This document shows, one piece after another, positions 23,319 through 33,477 of a stretch of 64,000 nucleotides of DNA. Source of the stretch: Tagaea sp. Lineage in GTDB: Bacteria > Pseudomonadota > Alphaproteobacteria > CACIAM-22H2. Location of the stretch: assembly GCA_965279525.1 (NCBI GenBank), contig CBDIIB010000004.1, forward strand, positions 1,024,001 through 1,088,000, read 5' to 3'. The first letter of the stretch is position 1. Every line of letters starts with the position of its first letter. The translations under genes were made by a program, and so were the position numbers. The notes beneath the pieces were generated by a model that saw only the letters and a list, made by a program, of their open reading frames with translations, was not told the DNA's origin and did no database searches.

Positions 23319-24545
23319 TCAGGCCGCCACCGGCTGCGCCGCTTCCTTCGCCTTCGGGAACGGGCGGAAGGTCATCGCGATCAGCACCGCGCCGATGCCC
23401 AGCGCCCAGGCGCCGACATAGAGCCACGTATAGTCGGCGAACGCGTCGTAGATGAGGCCGCCGGCGAGCGGACCCGACGCCATGCCGAGGCTGCCGGCGG
23501 TCGACGTGCCGCCGATGATCGTGCCCATCATGCGCAGCGGGAAGTTCTCGCGCGCAAGCACGGCATAGAGCGGCATCACGCCCGCATAGACGAAGCCGAA
23601 CAGGGCCGCCACCGCATAGAACGCATTGATGTCGCGCACGAAGGAATAGGCGAGTGCCGCGAACGCCTGCACGAGCAGGCCCAGCACCAGCACGCGCTTG
23701 GCGCCGAACTTGTCGCCCATCAGGCCGAAGGCCAGGCGCCCGCCCAGCCCTGCGAACCCTTCGAGGCTGTAGATCGAGACGGCGGCGACCAGCGGGATGC
23801 CGCAGCTGACGGCGTAGCCGATCGTGTGGAAGATCGGGCCCGAATGCGTGGCGCAGCAAAAGAAGCTCGTCAGCGTCAGGATGATGAACTGCGGCGAGCG
23901 CACGGCATCGCGCACGCTCATGCCCGACTGCGGCCCCTGCCCTCCGTCGGCCGGCATCGCGGCAGCCTCGCGGTCGAGTGCCGGCGGGCGGCGCACCAGC
24001 AGCGCCGCCGGGATCATCGCGGCGGCGGCGATGGCGGCGACGATCTGCATCGACGTGCGCCAGTCGTAGACGGCGATGAGCTGGGCTGCCAGCGGCGACA
24101 TCGTCATCGGCGCCATGCCCATGCCGGCGGAGACGAGCGACACCGCGAGACTGCGGTTCGTGTCGAACCAGCCGGTCACGCAGGCCATCATGGGTGCGAA
24201 GATCGCCGCGATCCCGCAGCCGACCATCAGGCCGAAGACGAACTGGAACTCGACCAGCGACGTGGCGAAGCTCGCGAGCGCGAGACTTCCCGTCAGCAGG
24301 ACCGTGCCGGCCAGCACGACCGGGCGCGCACCGATGCGGTCGGACAGGTTCCCCCACGCCATGCTCGCGAAGGACATCGCGAGGAACCCGACCGTCATGG
24401 CCGCCGAAATGCCGGTGACCGACCAGCCCGTGTCCTGTGACATGGCGACGAGGAAGACCGGCAGCGAGAACATCGCGCCGACCGCCATGCAGGTGATGAC
24501 CGCACCCGCCGCGACGATGACCCAGCGATACGAGGAATTCGACAT
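23319..24545 (-). CDS. MFS transporter (OFA/MCT-like)
   Basis: YRWVIVAA, GNLSDRIGAR, GLMGDKFGAKR; about 12 TM segments. Confidence 0.88.
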   Translation of the reverse strand: MSNSSYRWVIVAAGAVITCMAVGAMFSLPVFLVAMSQDTGWSVTGISAAMTVGFLAMSFASMAWGNLSDRIGARPVVLAGTVLLTGSLALASFATSLVEFQFVFGLMVGCGIAAIFAPMMACVTGWFDTNRSLAVSLVSAGMGMAPMTMSPLAAQLIAVYDWRTSMQIVAAIAAAAMIPAALLVRRPPALDREAAAMPADGGQGPQSGMSVRDAVRSPQFIILTLTSFFCCATHSGPIFHTIGYAVSCGIPLVAAVSIYSLEGFAGLGGRLAFGLMGDKFGAKRVLVLGLLVQAFAALAYSFVRDINAFYAVAALFGFVYAGVMPLYAVLARENFPLRMMGTIIGGTSTAGSLGMASGPLAGGLIYDAFADYTWLYVGAWALGIGAVLIAMTFRPFPKAKEAAQPVAA

Positions 24546-24560
24546 CTGCTCCCTGCTCCT

Positions 24561-24977
24561 TCAGCCGCGCGGCGGCATCTTGTCGAATTTCGGTAACGCG
24601 GGATCGACCTGGTCCCAGGCGTGACCGGCCGCGGTCCAGCAGACGAAGGTCGGCTTGAACCGGCCCGGCTCGTCGAGGCTTGCCGCACTGACGCCGAAAA
24701 GCGAAGGCATCCCCGGAAAGGTCACGTAGACGGGCGCGCCGCATGTGGGGCAGAACGCGCGCAGCTTTTCCGTGCCGCCTTCGCCGACCATCAGCCATTG
24801 CCCGACCTCGCCCGCGAACTTCGCGGCCTCGCGCGGAAACGTCAGGTGGGCTCCATGGCCCGTTCCGCTGTCGCGCTGGCACTGGCGGCACTGGCACTTG
24901 AACATCATGTTCGGTTCGGCCGCGATCTCGTAGCGCACGGCGCCACAAGCGCAGCCGCCGGTATAGGACCTGGTCAT
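24561..24977 (-). CDS. GFA family (glutathione-dependent formaldehyde-activating-like) protein
   Basis: GGCACGAVRY, CQCRQCQR, FCPTCG. Confidence 0.9.
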   Translation of the reverse strand: MTRSYTGGCACGAVRYEIAAEPNMMFKCQCRQCQRDSGTGHGAHLTFPREAAKFAGEVGQWLMVGEGGTEKLRAFCPTCGAPVYVTFPGMPSLFGVSAASLDEPGRFKPTFVCWTAAGHAWDQVDPALPKFDKMPPRG

Positions 24978-25444
24978 TGCACCTGCTCCGCCGCGATCGC
25001 TTCGATCGTGCCGACGACCTTTTTCCAGCCGTTGCCCATGTTCGTGAAGGCGGTCTCGTTGCGCGGCAGCTCGAAGCCCGAATGGACCAGATGGATGCGC
25101 GTTCCGCCCTCCGCACGGCTGAGCGTCCACGCGACCACGGTCTCGAGCGGTGCGCCGTAGCCGACATTGTCGGCGTGCCCGCCCTTCCACGAATAGACGA
25201 GGCGTTCGTTCGGCACGATCTCCAGCACCTCGCAGTGGATCACGCCGTCCCACTTGCCGGCTGCCGTCGTCCGATAGGTGAAGCGGTTGCCCTTCACGGG
25301 CGCGAAGCCGGACATCGGCATCTTCAGCCAGCGCTGGATCAGCTCGCCGGTCGTCAGCGTCTTCCAGATCTTCTCGGGCGCATGCGGGAAGAACGTGTCG
25401 ACCACGATCTCGCGCGTTGCGGGTTTCAGGGCGGCGTCGTTCAT
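24974..25444 (-). CDS. SRPBCC/AHSA1 domain protein
   Basis: PEKIWKTLT..LIQRW, PNERLVYSW, GGTRIHLVHSGF, GW. Confidence 0.88.
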   Translation of the reverse strand: MNDAALKPATREIVVDTFFPHAPEKIWKTLTTGELIQRWLKMPMSGFAPVKGNRFTYRTTAAGKWDGVIHCEVLEIVPNERLVYSWKGGHADNVGYGAPLETVVAWTLSRAEGGTRIHLVHSGFELPRNETAFTNMGNGWKKVVGTIEAIAAEQVQ

Positions 25445-25773
25445 GGATCCATTTCCTTGAGGAGCGTTTCGAGATTGGCGAGCCGGTCGCGCCAGAAGAC
25501 GGCGTAGTGGTTCATCCAGTCGGACAGCGGCGCCAGCCCCTTGGGTTCGGCGCGATAGAAGACGTTGCGGCCCTGCGCGCGGTCGACGACCAGCCCCGCC
25601 TGTTTCAGCGTGCGCAGATGCTGCGAGACGGCCGATTGCGAGACGCCGCTGCCGCGCGTCAGCTCGACGACGCTGATCTCCGGCGAGGCGCGGACGATCC
25701 GCTCGAACACGGCGCGCCGCGTTGAATCCGCGAGCGTGCGCATGACGGTGTCGATGGCGATTGCCTGGGTCAT
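25441..25773 (-). CDS. ArsR/SmtB family transcriptional regulator
   Basis: LADSTRRAV, SQSAVSQHLRTLKQAGLV, GR..FY. Confidence 0.9.
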   Translation of the reverse strand: MTQAIAIDTVMRTLADSTRRAVFERIVRASPEISVVELTRGSGVSQSAVSQHLRTLKQAGLVVDRAQGRNVFYRAEPKGLAPLSDWMNHYAVFWRDRLANLETLLKEMDP

Positions 25774-25776
25774 GTC

Positions 25777-25808
25777 GATTAGTTAGTGCTCACTAATCAA
25801 TTAGTCAA
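25777..25808 (-). promoter_or_regulatory. Putative promoter and operator of the ArsR operon
   Basis: Minus-strand TTGACT at 25808-25803; palindrome TTAGTG-CT-CACTAA at 25783-25796 immediately before the ATG. Confidence 0.65.
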
Positions 25809-25880
25809 GACTTATTTGTCGTCGTCAACCCGCCCGACGGCTAGGGTTGTGCCCGACCCGCCGCAGCCGGATTCCCCGAC

Positions 25881-27056
25881 TTGACCGACGCACCGTCGCC
25901 CTCCCACGCCCGCATCTTTGCCCTGACGACGTGCCTCGTCTTCACGACGCAGCTCGGCATCACGATCGATCTGCCGTCGCTCGCCTCGATCGCGCGCGAT
26001 CTCGGGATGAGTGCGAGTGGCGCCGAGGTCTCGGTGTCGGCCTACGTCATCGGCGTGGCGGCCCCCATCCCGCTGTGGGGGTTCGCGGCTGACCGCTGGG
26101 GGCGGCGCGCCACGATGTACGCGGCGGTCGCGCTGTTCGCGGCCTGCAGCCTGCTGCTTGCGGTTGTCGACGATCCCTGGCTGTTCGTGGCGTTGCGCTT
26201 CGTGCAGGGCGTCGGCGGCGGCGGCTGCTCCATCCTCGGGCGCATCCTGGCGCGCGACACGTGGAGTGGCGCCGAACTCGCGCGCCGGCTCGCACTGCTG
26301 TCGGTCTCGTACATCGTCGCACTGGGCGGCGGCCAGTTCCTCGGCGCACTCTTCGAGCGGTACGACCTGTGGCGCCTCGAGTTCGTGCTGCTGGCGGCGA
26401 TGGCGGTGGCGGCCGCCGCCATGTCGCTCGGCATGGCTCTGGCGCCCGGCCGGCCGGCGCGGCCACTGCGCGAGACGTTCGATGCCTATCTCGGCCTGAT
26501 GAAGCTGCCGGCGTTCCTCGCCCCCACGCTGGCCGGCGGCCTCAGCTATGCGGCACTCCTGTCGTACCAGCAGGCCAGCCCCTTCGTGCTCGGCGGACAT
26601 TACGGCGCCGACGCGACGATGATCGGCAATGTCGGGCTGCTGACGGCCGTCGCCTATTTCGCCGGCTCGCTGGCGTTGAGCCATTTCGTGCTGCGGACCG
26701 GGCAGGAACGCATGCTGGAAGCCGGCTCGCTGATCATCGCGGGTGCCGGCGCCGTCGGGATCGTCTTCTGGATGACGGGCGACACGACGCTCGCCGCATT
26801 CGTCGCCCTCTACTGCCTCGTTTCGTTCGGGCAGGCGGTGATGTTCCCGGGCAGCATGTCGCTCGCCATCGGGGCCGCCCCTGAGCGCGGCGTCTATGCG
26901 ACGGCGCTGTGCAGCTTCGTGCACCAGATCGTCGCCGGCCTCGCCGCCGCATGCGTGGCGCTGCTACCGCATGGCGACGTATGGCCCGCCGCCACCGCCG
27001 CCGTGCTGTTCGGGCTGGCGGCGTATGCGCTGGCCCGTCACAGGCCGGGCAGCTAG
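25881..27056 (+). CDS. MFS transporter (Bcr/CflA-like drug efflux)
   Basis: LPSLASIARDL, GFAADRWGRR, LRFVQGVG; TTG start. Confidence 0.85.
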   Translation: MTDAPSPSHARIFALTTCLVFTTQLGITIDLPSLASIARDLGMSASGAEVSVSAYVIGVAAPIPLWGFAADRWGRRATMYAAVALFAACSLLLAVVDDPWLFVALRFVQGVGGGGCSILGRILARDTWSGAELARRLALLSVSYIVALGGGQFLGALFERYDLWRLEFVLLAAMAVAAAAMSLGMALAPGRPARPLRETFDAYLGLMKLPAFLAPTLAGGLSYAALLSYQQASPFVLGGHYGADATMIGNVGLLTAVAYFAGSLALSHFVLRTGQERMLEAGSLIIAGAGAVGIVFWMTGDTTLAAFVALYCLVSFGQAVMFPGSMSLAIGAAPERGVYATALCSFVHQIVAGLAAACVALLPHGDVWPAATAAVLFGLAAYALARHRPGS

Positions 27057-27562
27057 CGCGCCGCGCCCAGCCTTGCTTCCAGCTTCTCGACCAGCGACAG
27101 CAGGCGCGCGATCTCGGTCTCGCGCAGCAGGTCGATCTTCTGGTGCAGCGTCTCGATCTCGAGCTCGGCCTTCAGGTTGACGTGATAGTCGTCCTCGGCG
27201 TGCGCACGGTCGATGTCGCCCATGCGGTTCTGGCTCATCATGATGATGGGGGCCGTGTAGGCCGCCTGGAACGACAGCACGAGATTGAGCAGGATGAACG
27301 GGTACGGGTCCCACGCCTGCACCCACGCGAAGATGTTCGCCGACAGCCAGAGCAGCAGCAGCGCGCTCTGGATCAGGATGAAGCGCCACGACCCGACGAG
27401 GGCCGTGATGTGGTCGGCCGCGCGCGCGCCCAGCCCCGTGTCGGCCGGCGGGCGCGAGGCGGGCACGGGCGCGATCTTCGCCGGCCGGTGGCGCCGGCGT
27501 CCGGCGCGCAGCTCGTGCAGCAGCGAGAGATCGGCGGGATCGAGCTTTGCGGTCGGGGTCAT
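27053..27562 (-). CDS. DUF1003 membrane protein
   Basis: VGSWRFI, WDPYPFILLNLVLSFQAAYTAPIIMMSQNR, NLKAELEI. Confidence 0.9.
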   Translation of the reverse strand: MTPTAKLDPADLSLLHELRAGRRRHRPAKIAPVPASRPPADTGLGARAADHITALVGSWRFILIQSALLLLWLSANIFAWVQAWDPYPFILLNLVLSFQAAYTAPIIMMSQNRMGDIDRAHAEDDYHVNLKAELEIETLHQKIDLLRETEIARLLSLVEKLEARLGAAR

Positions 27563-27606
27563 GGGCGGCACTCCGGTGGCGGATGGCCGCGAGTATACGC
27601 CCTTGC

Positions 27607-28257
27607 CTAGTGCGCGACGCGAAAGCGTGGCGGGACGAAGAACAGGAAATCCTGCACGCGCGCCGATTTGTGGCAGCCGGCGCAGAAGGCGACGGCCGGC
27701 GCGTCCTCGCCGCCGCTTTCGCCCAGGCGCAGCCCCTCGGGCGTGGTCACGGTGAAACGCCAGTCGTTGGTCGAACTGTCGTAGCCGGGTGCCATGCGCT
27801 CCATCAGGTAAAGCGAGCCCGCCGTCGCGTTGCCCGCCCTGTCCACGCGGAAGCTGCGTTTGAGGATCGCAGCACCGGGCAGCAGCCGCCCGCCCTGCTC
27901 GGCCTTCGCGTAGTCGGGTGCCGCCGACGCGTTGGCGAAGACCTGCAGGAACATGCCGTGCTCGGACGCGAGATAGTTGCTCGACATCGTGCGCCAGCCG
28001 CGCGTGGCGCGGATCGTCGCATCGCGGGCCCGTGCCAGCGCGGCGTCGAGGGCGGGGCCAAGACACGCTGCCATCGCGTCGACCTCGGCTTGCGTCAACT
28101 GCATGGGCGGATTGCCGAGCCCGCCCAGTTCCGACGCCGGTGTCCCGGCCGCCCGTTCCACCCGGCAGCCGGACATTTCACCGGCCGTCGGCGCGCACGC
28201 CGAAAGAAGCATCGCCGCCAGCCCCAGGACCGCCATTCCGCCGAATTTCCGCCGCAC
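27607..28257 (-). CDS. Cytochrome P460/c'-beta family lipoprotein
   Basis: Lipobox LSAC; GAAILK, MERM..GYD...DWRF, C-terminal CAGCH heme motif, DFLF. Confidence 0.75.
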   Translation of the reverse strand: MRRKFGGMAVLGLAAMLLSACAPTAGEMSGCRVERAAGTPASELGGLGNPPMQLTQAEVDAMAACLGPALDAALARARDATIRATRGWRTMSSNYLASEHGMFLQVFANASAAPDYAKAEQGGRLLPGAAILKRSFRVDRAGNATAGSLYLMERMAPGYDSSTNDWRFTVTTPEGLRLGESGGEDAPAVAFCAGCHKSARVQDFLFFVPPRFRVAH

Positions 28258-28400
28258 GCGCACGCTCCGTTCCTGCCAACGTGGTTCGCCGCCGCCCACC
28301 AGAAGGTTTCCAGTCCCGCTCCGGAATTCGGGTGCGGACAGAATCGTTCCCTTGCGGCAGACTGGAGCCTAGCAAGCTTTCCACCCGGGGGGATCGCGCA

Positions 28401-29240
28401 ATGTGCCGTTGGCTGGCCTATTCGGGCCGTCCGCTCTATCTCGAGGACTTCCTCTTCAAGCCCGAGAACTCGCTGATCAACCAGTCGCTGCACGCCCGCA
28501 AGGGACACGTGGCGACCAACGGCGACGGGTTCGGCGTGGGGTGGTACGGCGACCGCTCGGAGCCGGGCCTGTTCCGCGACATCCGCCCGGCCTGGAACGA
28601 CGAGAATCTCCGCTCGATCGCCGAGCAGATCCGCACCGGGCATTTCTTCGCGCATGTGCGCGCGTCGACCGGCACGTCGATCAGCCGGGCCAACTGCCAT
28701 CCGTTCCAGCACGGGCGCTGGATGTTCATGCACAACGGCCAGATCGGCGGTTTCGACCGCGTGGCGCGCGATCTCGATTTCGCGATCGATCCGGAATATT
28801 ACCGCGCGCGGCGCGGCACCACCGACAGCGAAACCATCTTCCTGCTGATGCTCACCTACGGGCTCGAACGCGACCCCGAGCATGCGCTGGCGCGCACGCT
28901 GGGCAAGATCGTCGAGGTCACGCAGAAAGTCGGCACCGTCGATCCCTTCCGTTTCACCGCCGCCTTCACCGACGGGCGGCGCATCTATGCCGCGCGCTTC
29001 TCGTCCGACGGCCATTCGCCCACGCTGTTCTACGGCTGCGGCACCGGCATCCGGGCGGCCGACGGCGGCGGCTGTTCGGACGGCACGGGCGGCGAGGATT
29101 CGCTGCTCGTCCTCTCCGAGCCGCTCGACACCGACCTCCAGCACTGGACGGCGGTGGGCGAAAGCTCGCTGCTCGTCGTCGAAAACGGACGTGTGGACGT
29201 GCGCGGCCTGAAGCCCGTCATGTCGCGCGTCGCCGCATAA
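28401..29240 (+). CDS. Class II glutamine amidotransferase (YafJ/EgtC/Dug3-like)
   Basis: MCRWLAY N-terminal Cys, NGDGFGVGWY, AHVRAST, NCHPF, HNG, GTTDSE, SEPLD. Confidence 0.9.
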   Translation: MCRWLAYSGRPLYLEDFLFKPENSLINQSLHARKGHVATNGDGFGVGWYGDRSEPGLFRDIRPAWNDENLRSIAEQIRTGHFFAHVRASTGTSISRANCHPFQHGRWMFMHNGQIGGFDRVARDLDFAIDPEYYRARRGTTDSETIFLLMLTYGLERDPEHALARTLGKIVEVTQKVGTVDPFRFTAAFTDGRRIYAARFSSDGHSPTLFYGCGTGIRAADGGGCSDGTGGEDSLLVLSEPLDTDLQHWTAVGESSLLVVENGRVDVRGLKPVMSRVAA

Positions 29241-29253
29241 GGAAATCCCGAAC

Positions 29254-29874
29254 ATGCTCGTCGTCTATGGTCGCGGAAGTTCGTCCAACGTCCAGAAGGT
29301 CCTGTGGCTGTGCGAGGAGCTGGGGCTCCCCTACTCCAGCGCCCACGACGTGGCGCCGGGCAAGGCCAAGGAGAGTGCCGATTACACCAAGCTCAATCCC
29401 AACGGCCTGATCCCGACGATCGACGACGACGGCTTCGTGCTGTGGGAGTCGAACGCGATCGTGCGCTATCTCGCGGCCAAGCACGCCAACGGCTCGCTCT
29501 TCCCGGGCGACCTGCGCGTGCGCGCGGATGCTGACCGCTGGATGGACTGGCAGGCCACCGTGCTTGCCCCGCCGACGGCCGTGGTCCTGCTCCAGACGAT
29601 CCGCACCGCACCCGACAAGCGCGACAACGCCGCACTCGCCACCGCCTGCCAGACGCTGCGCGACAAGGCCGGCACGCTCGACACCGCTCTCGCCGGCCGC
29701 AGCTACATCGCCGGAGCCGCGTTCACGATGGGCGACCTGCCGATCGGCCAGTGGATGTGGCGCTACGCGAGCCTCGTGCCCGACCGCCCGAAGCACGCGA
29801 ACCTCGAAGCGTGGTACGCACGCCTGCAGGAGCGCCCGGCCTTCCGCAAGATCGTGATGACGAAGCTGGTCTAG
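29254..29874 (+). CDS. Glutathione S-transferase (GstB/YliJ-like)
   Basis: [37 protein letters not shown]. Confidence 0.92.
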   Translation: MLVVYGRGSSSNVQKVLWLCEELGLPYSSAHDVAPGKAKESADYTKLNPNGLIPTIDDDGFVLWESNAIVRYLAAKHANGSLFPGDLRVRADADRWMDWQATVLAPPTAVVLLQTIRTAPDKRDNAALATACQTLRDKAGTLDTALAGRSYIAGAAFTMGDLPIGQWMWRYASLVPDRPKHANLEAWYARLQERPAFRKIVMTKLV

Positions 29875-30194
29875 CTTTCGCGCGGGCCCAGCAGAATCAC
29901 CGCAGCACCGGCAAGGCAGATCGCGGCACCGATCGCATCCCAGCGGTCGGGGCGTGCGCCTTCCACGGCCCACAGCCACGCGAGCGACGCGGCGATATAG
30001 ACGCCGCCATAGGCCGCGAATGCGCGACCGGCGAAGTCGCTGGGCACCAGCGTCAGCAGCCACGCGAACGCGACGAGGCTTGCGATGCCGGGAACCAGCC
30101 ACAGCGGCGAACGGTCGAGCTTCAGCCACGCCCAGAAGGCGAAGCAGCCCGCGATCTCGGCGAGTGCCGCGGCGGCGAAGACGAGCGCCGTCAC
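29871..30194 (-). CDS. YnfA/UPF0060 family small membrane protein
   Basis: [30 protein letters not shown]; GTG start. Confidence 0.9.
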   Translation of the reverse strand: MTALVFAAAALAEIAGCFAFWAWLKLDRSPLWLVPGIASLVAFAWLLTLVPSDFAGRAFAAYGGVYIAASLAWLWAVEGARPDRWDAIGAAICLAGAAVILLGPRES

Positions 30195-30196
30195 GC

Positions 30197-30898
30197 CTAG
30201 GCCTTCAGCCAGCGGCGCAGGGCTTCGTTCGTTTCCTTCGGCTTTTCCATCGTCGAGAGATGGCCGCAATCCTCGATGACGCACAGCTGTGCGGCCGGAA
30301 TGTCGGCGGCCATTTCCTGGCTCAAGGCCAGCGGTGTCGCCTCGTCCTCGCGCCCGCACATCACCAGCGTCGGGCAGACGATTTCGGCCAGCATCGGACG
30401 GCTGTCGGGCCGGCCCATGATCGCGGCGACCTGGCGGCAGAACGCGTCGGGCCCGACGCGGTTGGTCATGTCGAGCACGCGCTGCGCGATACCCGGATCG
30501 CGCGCGATCGATTTGGGGCTGACCCAGTTGGGCAGCAAAGCGGGCGTGACACCCTTGAACTTGCCCTTCTTGGCGTGCGCCACGAACATCTTGCGCTTGC
30601 GCGTCTGTTCGGGCGTGTCGGCGCGCGCGGACGTGTCGAGCAACGCAAGCCGTTCGACGCGCGTGTGCGCGCGGCGCAGGATCTCGAAGGCGAGATACCC
30701 GCCCATCGACAGCCCGGCGAGCGCGAAGCGTGCCGGTGCGCGCGCCAGCACCTGCGTGGCCATGTCGGCGAAGTTGTCCGCCTGCGTGAGGTCGGCGACC
30801 TGGATGTCGGCGATGTCGGCAAGGCCTTCGATCTGCGCCATCCACAATTCGCGGTCGCAGATCAGGCCGGGCAGCAGGACAAGCGGCATGCGGCTCAT
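30197..30898 (-). CDS. Alpha/beta fold hydrolase
   Basis: LPGLIC, GLSMGG nucleophile elbow, D..TP, CGHLS. Confidence 0.9.
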   Translation of the reverse strand: MSRMPLVLLPGLICDRELWMAQIEGLADIADIQVADLTQADNFADMATQVLARAPARFALAGLSMGGYLAFEILRRAHTRVERLALLDTSARADTPEQTRKRKMFVAHAKKGKFKGVTPALLPNWVSPKSIARDPGIAQRVLDMTNRVGPDAFCRQVAAIMGRPDSRPMLAEIVCPTLVMCGREDEATPLALSQEMAADIPAAQLCVIEDCGHLSTMEKPKETNEALRRWLKA

Positions 30899-31437
30899 TT
30901 GATCAACCCCGAGATCTCCTTGAATTCAGGCGTGCCCGCCTTGCCGAGCCATTCGAACAGGACCATCTCGGTGCTGACGAGGGCGATGCCCGCCTGGCGC
31001 AGCCGGTCGGCGGCAAGCGAACGATCCGTCTCGCGGCGCGAACTCGTCGCGTCCCACGCGACGGCGATGTCGTAGCCGCGTTCGCGGAATCCGATCGCGG
31101 TCTGCAGCACGCACACATGGCTCTCGATGCCGCAGAGCACGAGCTGGCGGCGGTCGAGCGCGCGCACGCGCGCGACGATGCCGTCATCGCCCGCACAGCT
31201 GAACGCGTTCTTCTCGAGCGTGGCGCCGGCGGGGGCCAGTGCGCCAAGCTCCGGCACCGTGGGGCCAAGCCCCTTGGGGTACTGCTCGGAGACCAGCAGC
31301 GGCACCGAAAGGCGCGTCGCACCGCGCATCAGCTTCGTCGTGTTGGCCACGACCGGTCCGGGCTCCGCCATCGCGGGCAGCAGCTTCGTCTGGATATCGA
31401 CGACGAGGAGTGCGGATCTGGGTGCCACGAGCAGCAT
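30895..31437 (-). CDS. Isochorismatase family hydrolase
   Basis: [31 protein letters not shown]. Confidence 0.9.
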   Translation of the reverse strand: MLLVAPRSALLVVDIQTKLLPAMAEPGPVVANTTKLMRGATRLSVPLLVSEQYPKGLGPTVPELGALAPAGATLEKNAFSCAGDDGIVARVRALDRRQLVLCGIESHVCVLQTAIGFRERGYDIAVAWDATSSRRETDRSLAADRLRQAGIALVSTEMVLFEWLGKAGTPEFKEISGLIK

Positions 31438-31517
31438 ACAAGGCAAGCTATCCGCGCCTTGTGCGAATGCCAAGCCTTTCGCTCGACACGCGATTCCGCC
31501 GCCGATAGAATCGTTCG

Positions 31518-33278
31518 ATGAAATCCGGCGGTGCGCACATCCAGGATCCGAACACGCTGGGGCGACGCGCCATCGAACATGCCCAGGCCGGCCGGATGGC
31601 CGAAGCGCTCGCGTTGTTCGAGACCGTCGCCCGCCTCGTGCCCGACAGCGCGGAAGCCGCCGCGAACTGCGGCTCGGCCTGCCTCAATCTCTATCGCAAC
31701 GCCGAGGCACGCGACTGGTTCGCGCGCGCCGAAAAGGTCGATCCGCGCTCGACGCGCGCGGCGCTGGGCAGCGGCACCGCATGCCACATGCTGGGCGATC
31801 TCGACGCCGCCGTCGCCGCGTTCGACCGGGCGCTGGCGCTGAAGCCCGACTGGACCGATGCCGTGATGGCGCGCGCCAACGCCTGCCAGGCCGCCGGGCG
31901 CATGGCGGAGGCGGAAGCCGGGTTCCTGCGCACGCGCGAACTCGATCCCGCCGACCTGCGCGCGGCCAACAATCTGGGCCTGCTGCGCGCCGACCAGACG
32001 CGCCATGCCGAAGCGCTCGCCTTGCTGGGCGAAGCGCGCGCGGAGCAGAGCTGGCTTTTCACGCTCAACTACGCGCCGGGCGTGCCGGCCGAGATGGTCG
32101 CCGACGCCTATCGTGCGTGGGGCCAGCGCCATGCCGAACCGCTGCGCGCCTTGTGGCCAAAGCATCCGGCCACGCGCGAACCTAAGCAGCGTCTGCGCGT
32201 CGGTCTCGTGTCGTGCGACCTGCGCACCCATTCCATGCAGCACTTCCTGCTGCCGGCGCTCGCCAATCTCGATCCGGCCCGCATCGAGCTTTTCCTCTAT
32301 TCGGCGACCAGCAAGGAAGACGCGGTCACGCAACGCTACCGCGCCCTTGCCGCCGGCTTCGTCGACATCGACGGCGTCGACGACGCGACGGCGGCAGCCC
32401 GCATCGCCGCCGACCGGATCGACATCCTGATCGACGCGTCGGGCCACACCGGCGGCAACCGGCTGACGCTGTTCGCGCGCAAGCCCGCACCCGTGCAGGT
32501 CACGTGGCTCGCCTACGGCACCACGACCGGTGTTTCGGCGATCGACTGGTTTCTCGGCGACGCGCGGCTGGTGCCGCCGGGCGGCGAGAAATACTTCATC
32601 GAGGGCGTGTGGCGGCTGCCGACGACCTATTGCTACGCGCCGCCCGAGAACGCCCCCGACGTCGCGCCGCTTGCCGCCACCCAAGCCGGTGCCGTCACGT
32701 TCGGCTGCTTCTCGCGTACGATCCGGCTCAACGACATGACGCTCGCCGCATGGGGCGAGATCCTGCGCCGGCTGCCGGCAAGCCGCCTGAAGCTCGACTC
32801 CCTGCCCTTCGCCGATGAAACCATGCGCGCGGATTTCGCCGGGCGCCTCGTCAAGTTCGGGGCGAAACCGGGACAGCTCGCGATCGGCTACACCACGCCG
32901 CAGTCGCGCGTGTGGGAGGCTTACGGCGAAGTCGACATCGCCCTCGATCCGTTCCCGCACAATGCCGGGGCGACCACGTTCGAAGCGCTGTGGCAGGGGG
33001 TGCCGGTGCTCTCGAAACGCGACCGCATCCCGGTCGGCCGGTTCGGCGATTCGATCCTGGGGGCCGCCGGGCTTGGCGACTGGGTCGTGGATACGGTCGA
33101 CCAATATGTGTCAATGGCCGTACAACGGGCGAACGATCCGGCGGCATTGGCCGCACTCCGGGCCGGCATGCGCGAACGCCTTCGGGCGAGCGAGCTTACC
33201 GATGCGGCCCTTTTCGGTCAGCGACTTAGCCAAGCCCTGCACGATATGTGGAGCCGTCCCGCGTCCGGGAATCCTTGA
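31518..33278 (+). CDS. TPR-containing GT41 (O-GlcNAc transferase/SPINDLY-like) glycosyltransferase
   Basis: N-terminal TPRs; RVGLVSCDLRTHS, DILIDASGHT, PAPVQVTWLAY, DIALDPFP..GATTFEALWQGVPV. Confidence 0.88.
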   Translation: MKSGGAHIQDPNTLGRRAIEHAQAGRMAEALALFETVARLVPDSAEAAANCGSACLNLYRNAEARDWFARAEKVDPRSTRAALGSGTACHMLGDLDAAVAAFDRALALKPDWTDAVMARANACQAAGRMAEAEAGFLRTRELDPADLRAANNLGLLRADQTRHAEALALLGEARAEQSWLFTLNYAPGVPAEMVADAYRAWGQRHAEPLRALWPKHPATREPKQRLRVGLVSCDLRTHSMQHFLLPALANLDPARIELFLYSATSKEDAVTQRYRALAAGFVDIDGVDDATAAARIAADRIDILIDASGHTGGNRLTLFARKPAPVQVTWLAYGTTTGVSAIDWFLGDARLVPPGGEKYFIEGVWRLPTTYCYAPPENAPDVAPLAATQAGAVTFGCFSRTIRLNDMTLAAWGEILRRLPASRLKLDSLPFADETMRADFAGRLVKFGAKPGQLAIGYTTPQSRVWEAYGEVDIALDPFPHNAGATTFEALWQGVPVLSKRDRIPVGRFGDSILGAAGLGDWVVDTVDQYVSMAVQRANDPAALAALRAGMRERLRASELTDAALFGQRLSQALHDMWSRPASGNP

Positions 33279-33302
33279 CTTTCACGGGGAAAACCCTATT
33301 TT
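33274..33302 (+). promoter_or_regulatory. Promoter upstream of the DEAD-box helicase (sigma70 or sigma32 type)
   Basis: TTGACT-N16-TATTTT; also fits the alphaproteobacterial CTTG-N17-CCTAT pattern. Confidence 0.55.
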
Positions 33303-33477
33303 CCGACCGTCGCCAAGGGTTTTTGTGCGACTGCGAAGGAACGCCGCATCCCGTGTTCCGTCTGTGGTCCCCGCCGATCCTCGTCAGGACGTCGGGCGCC
33401 AGTCGCGGGCACGATGCACGCGACGCGCCGCCGAAGCGGAACGCGGCGCCATAAACCCGAAAGAAGATCGCAAGAAA

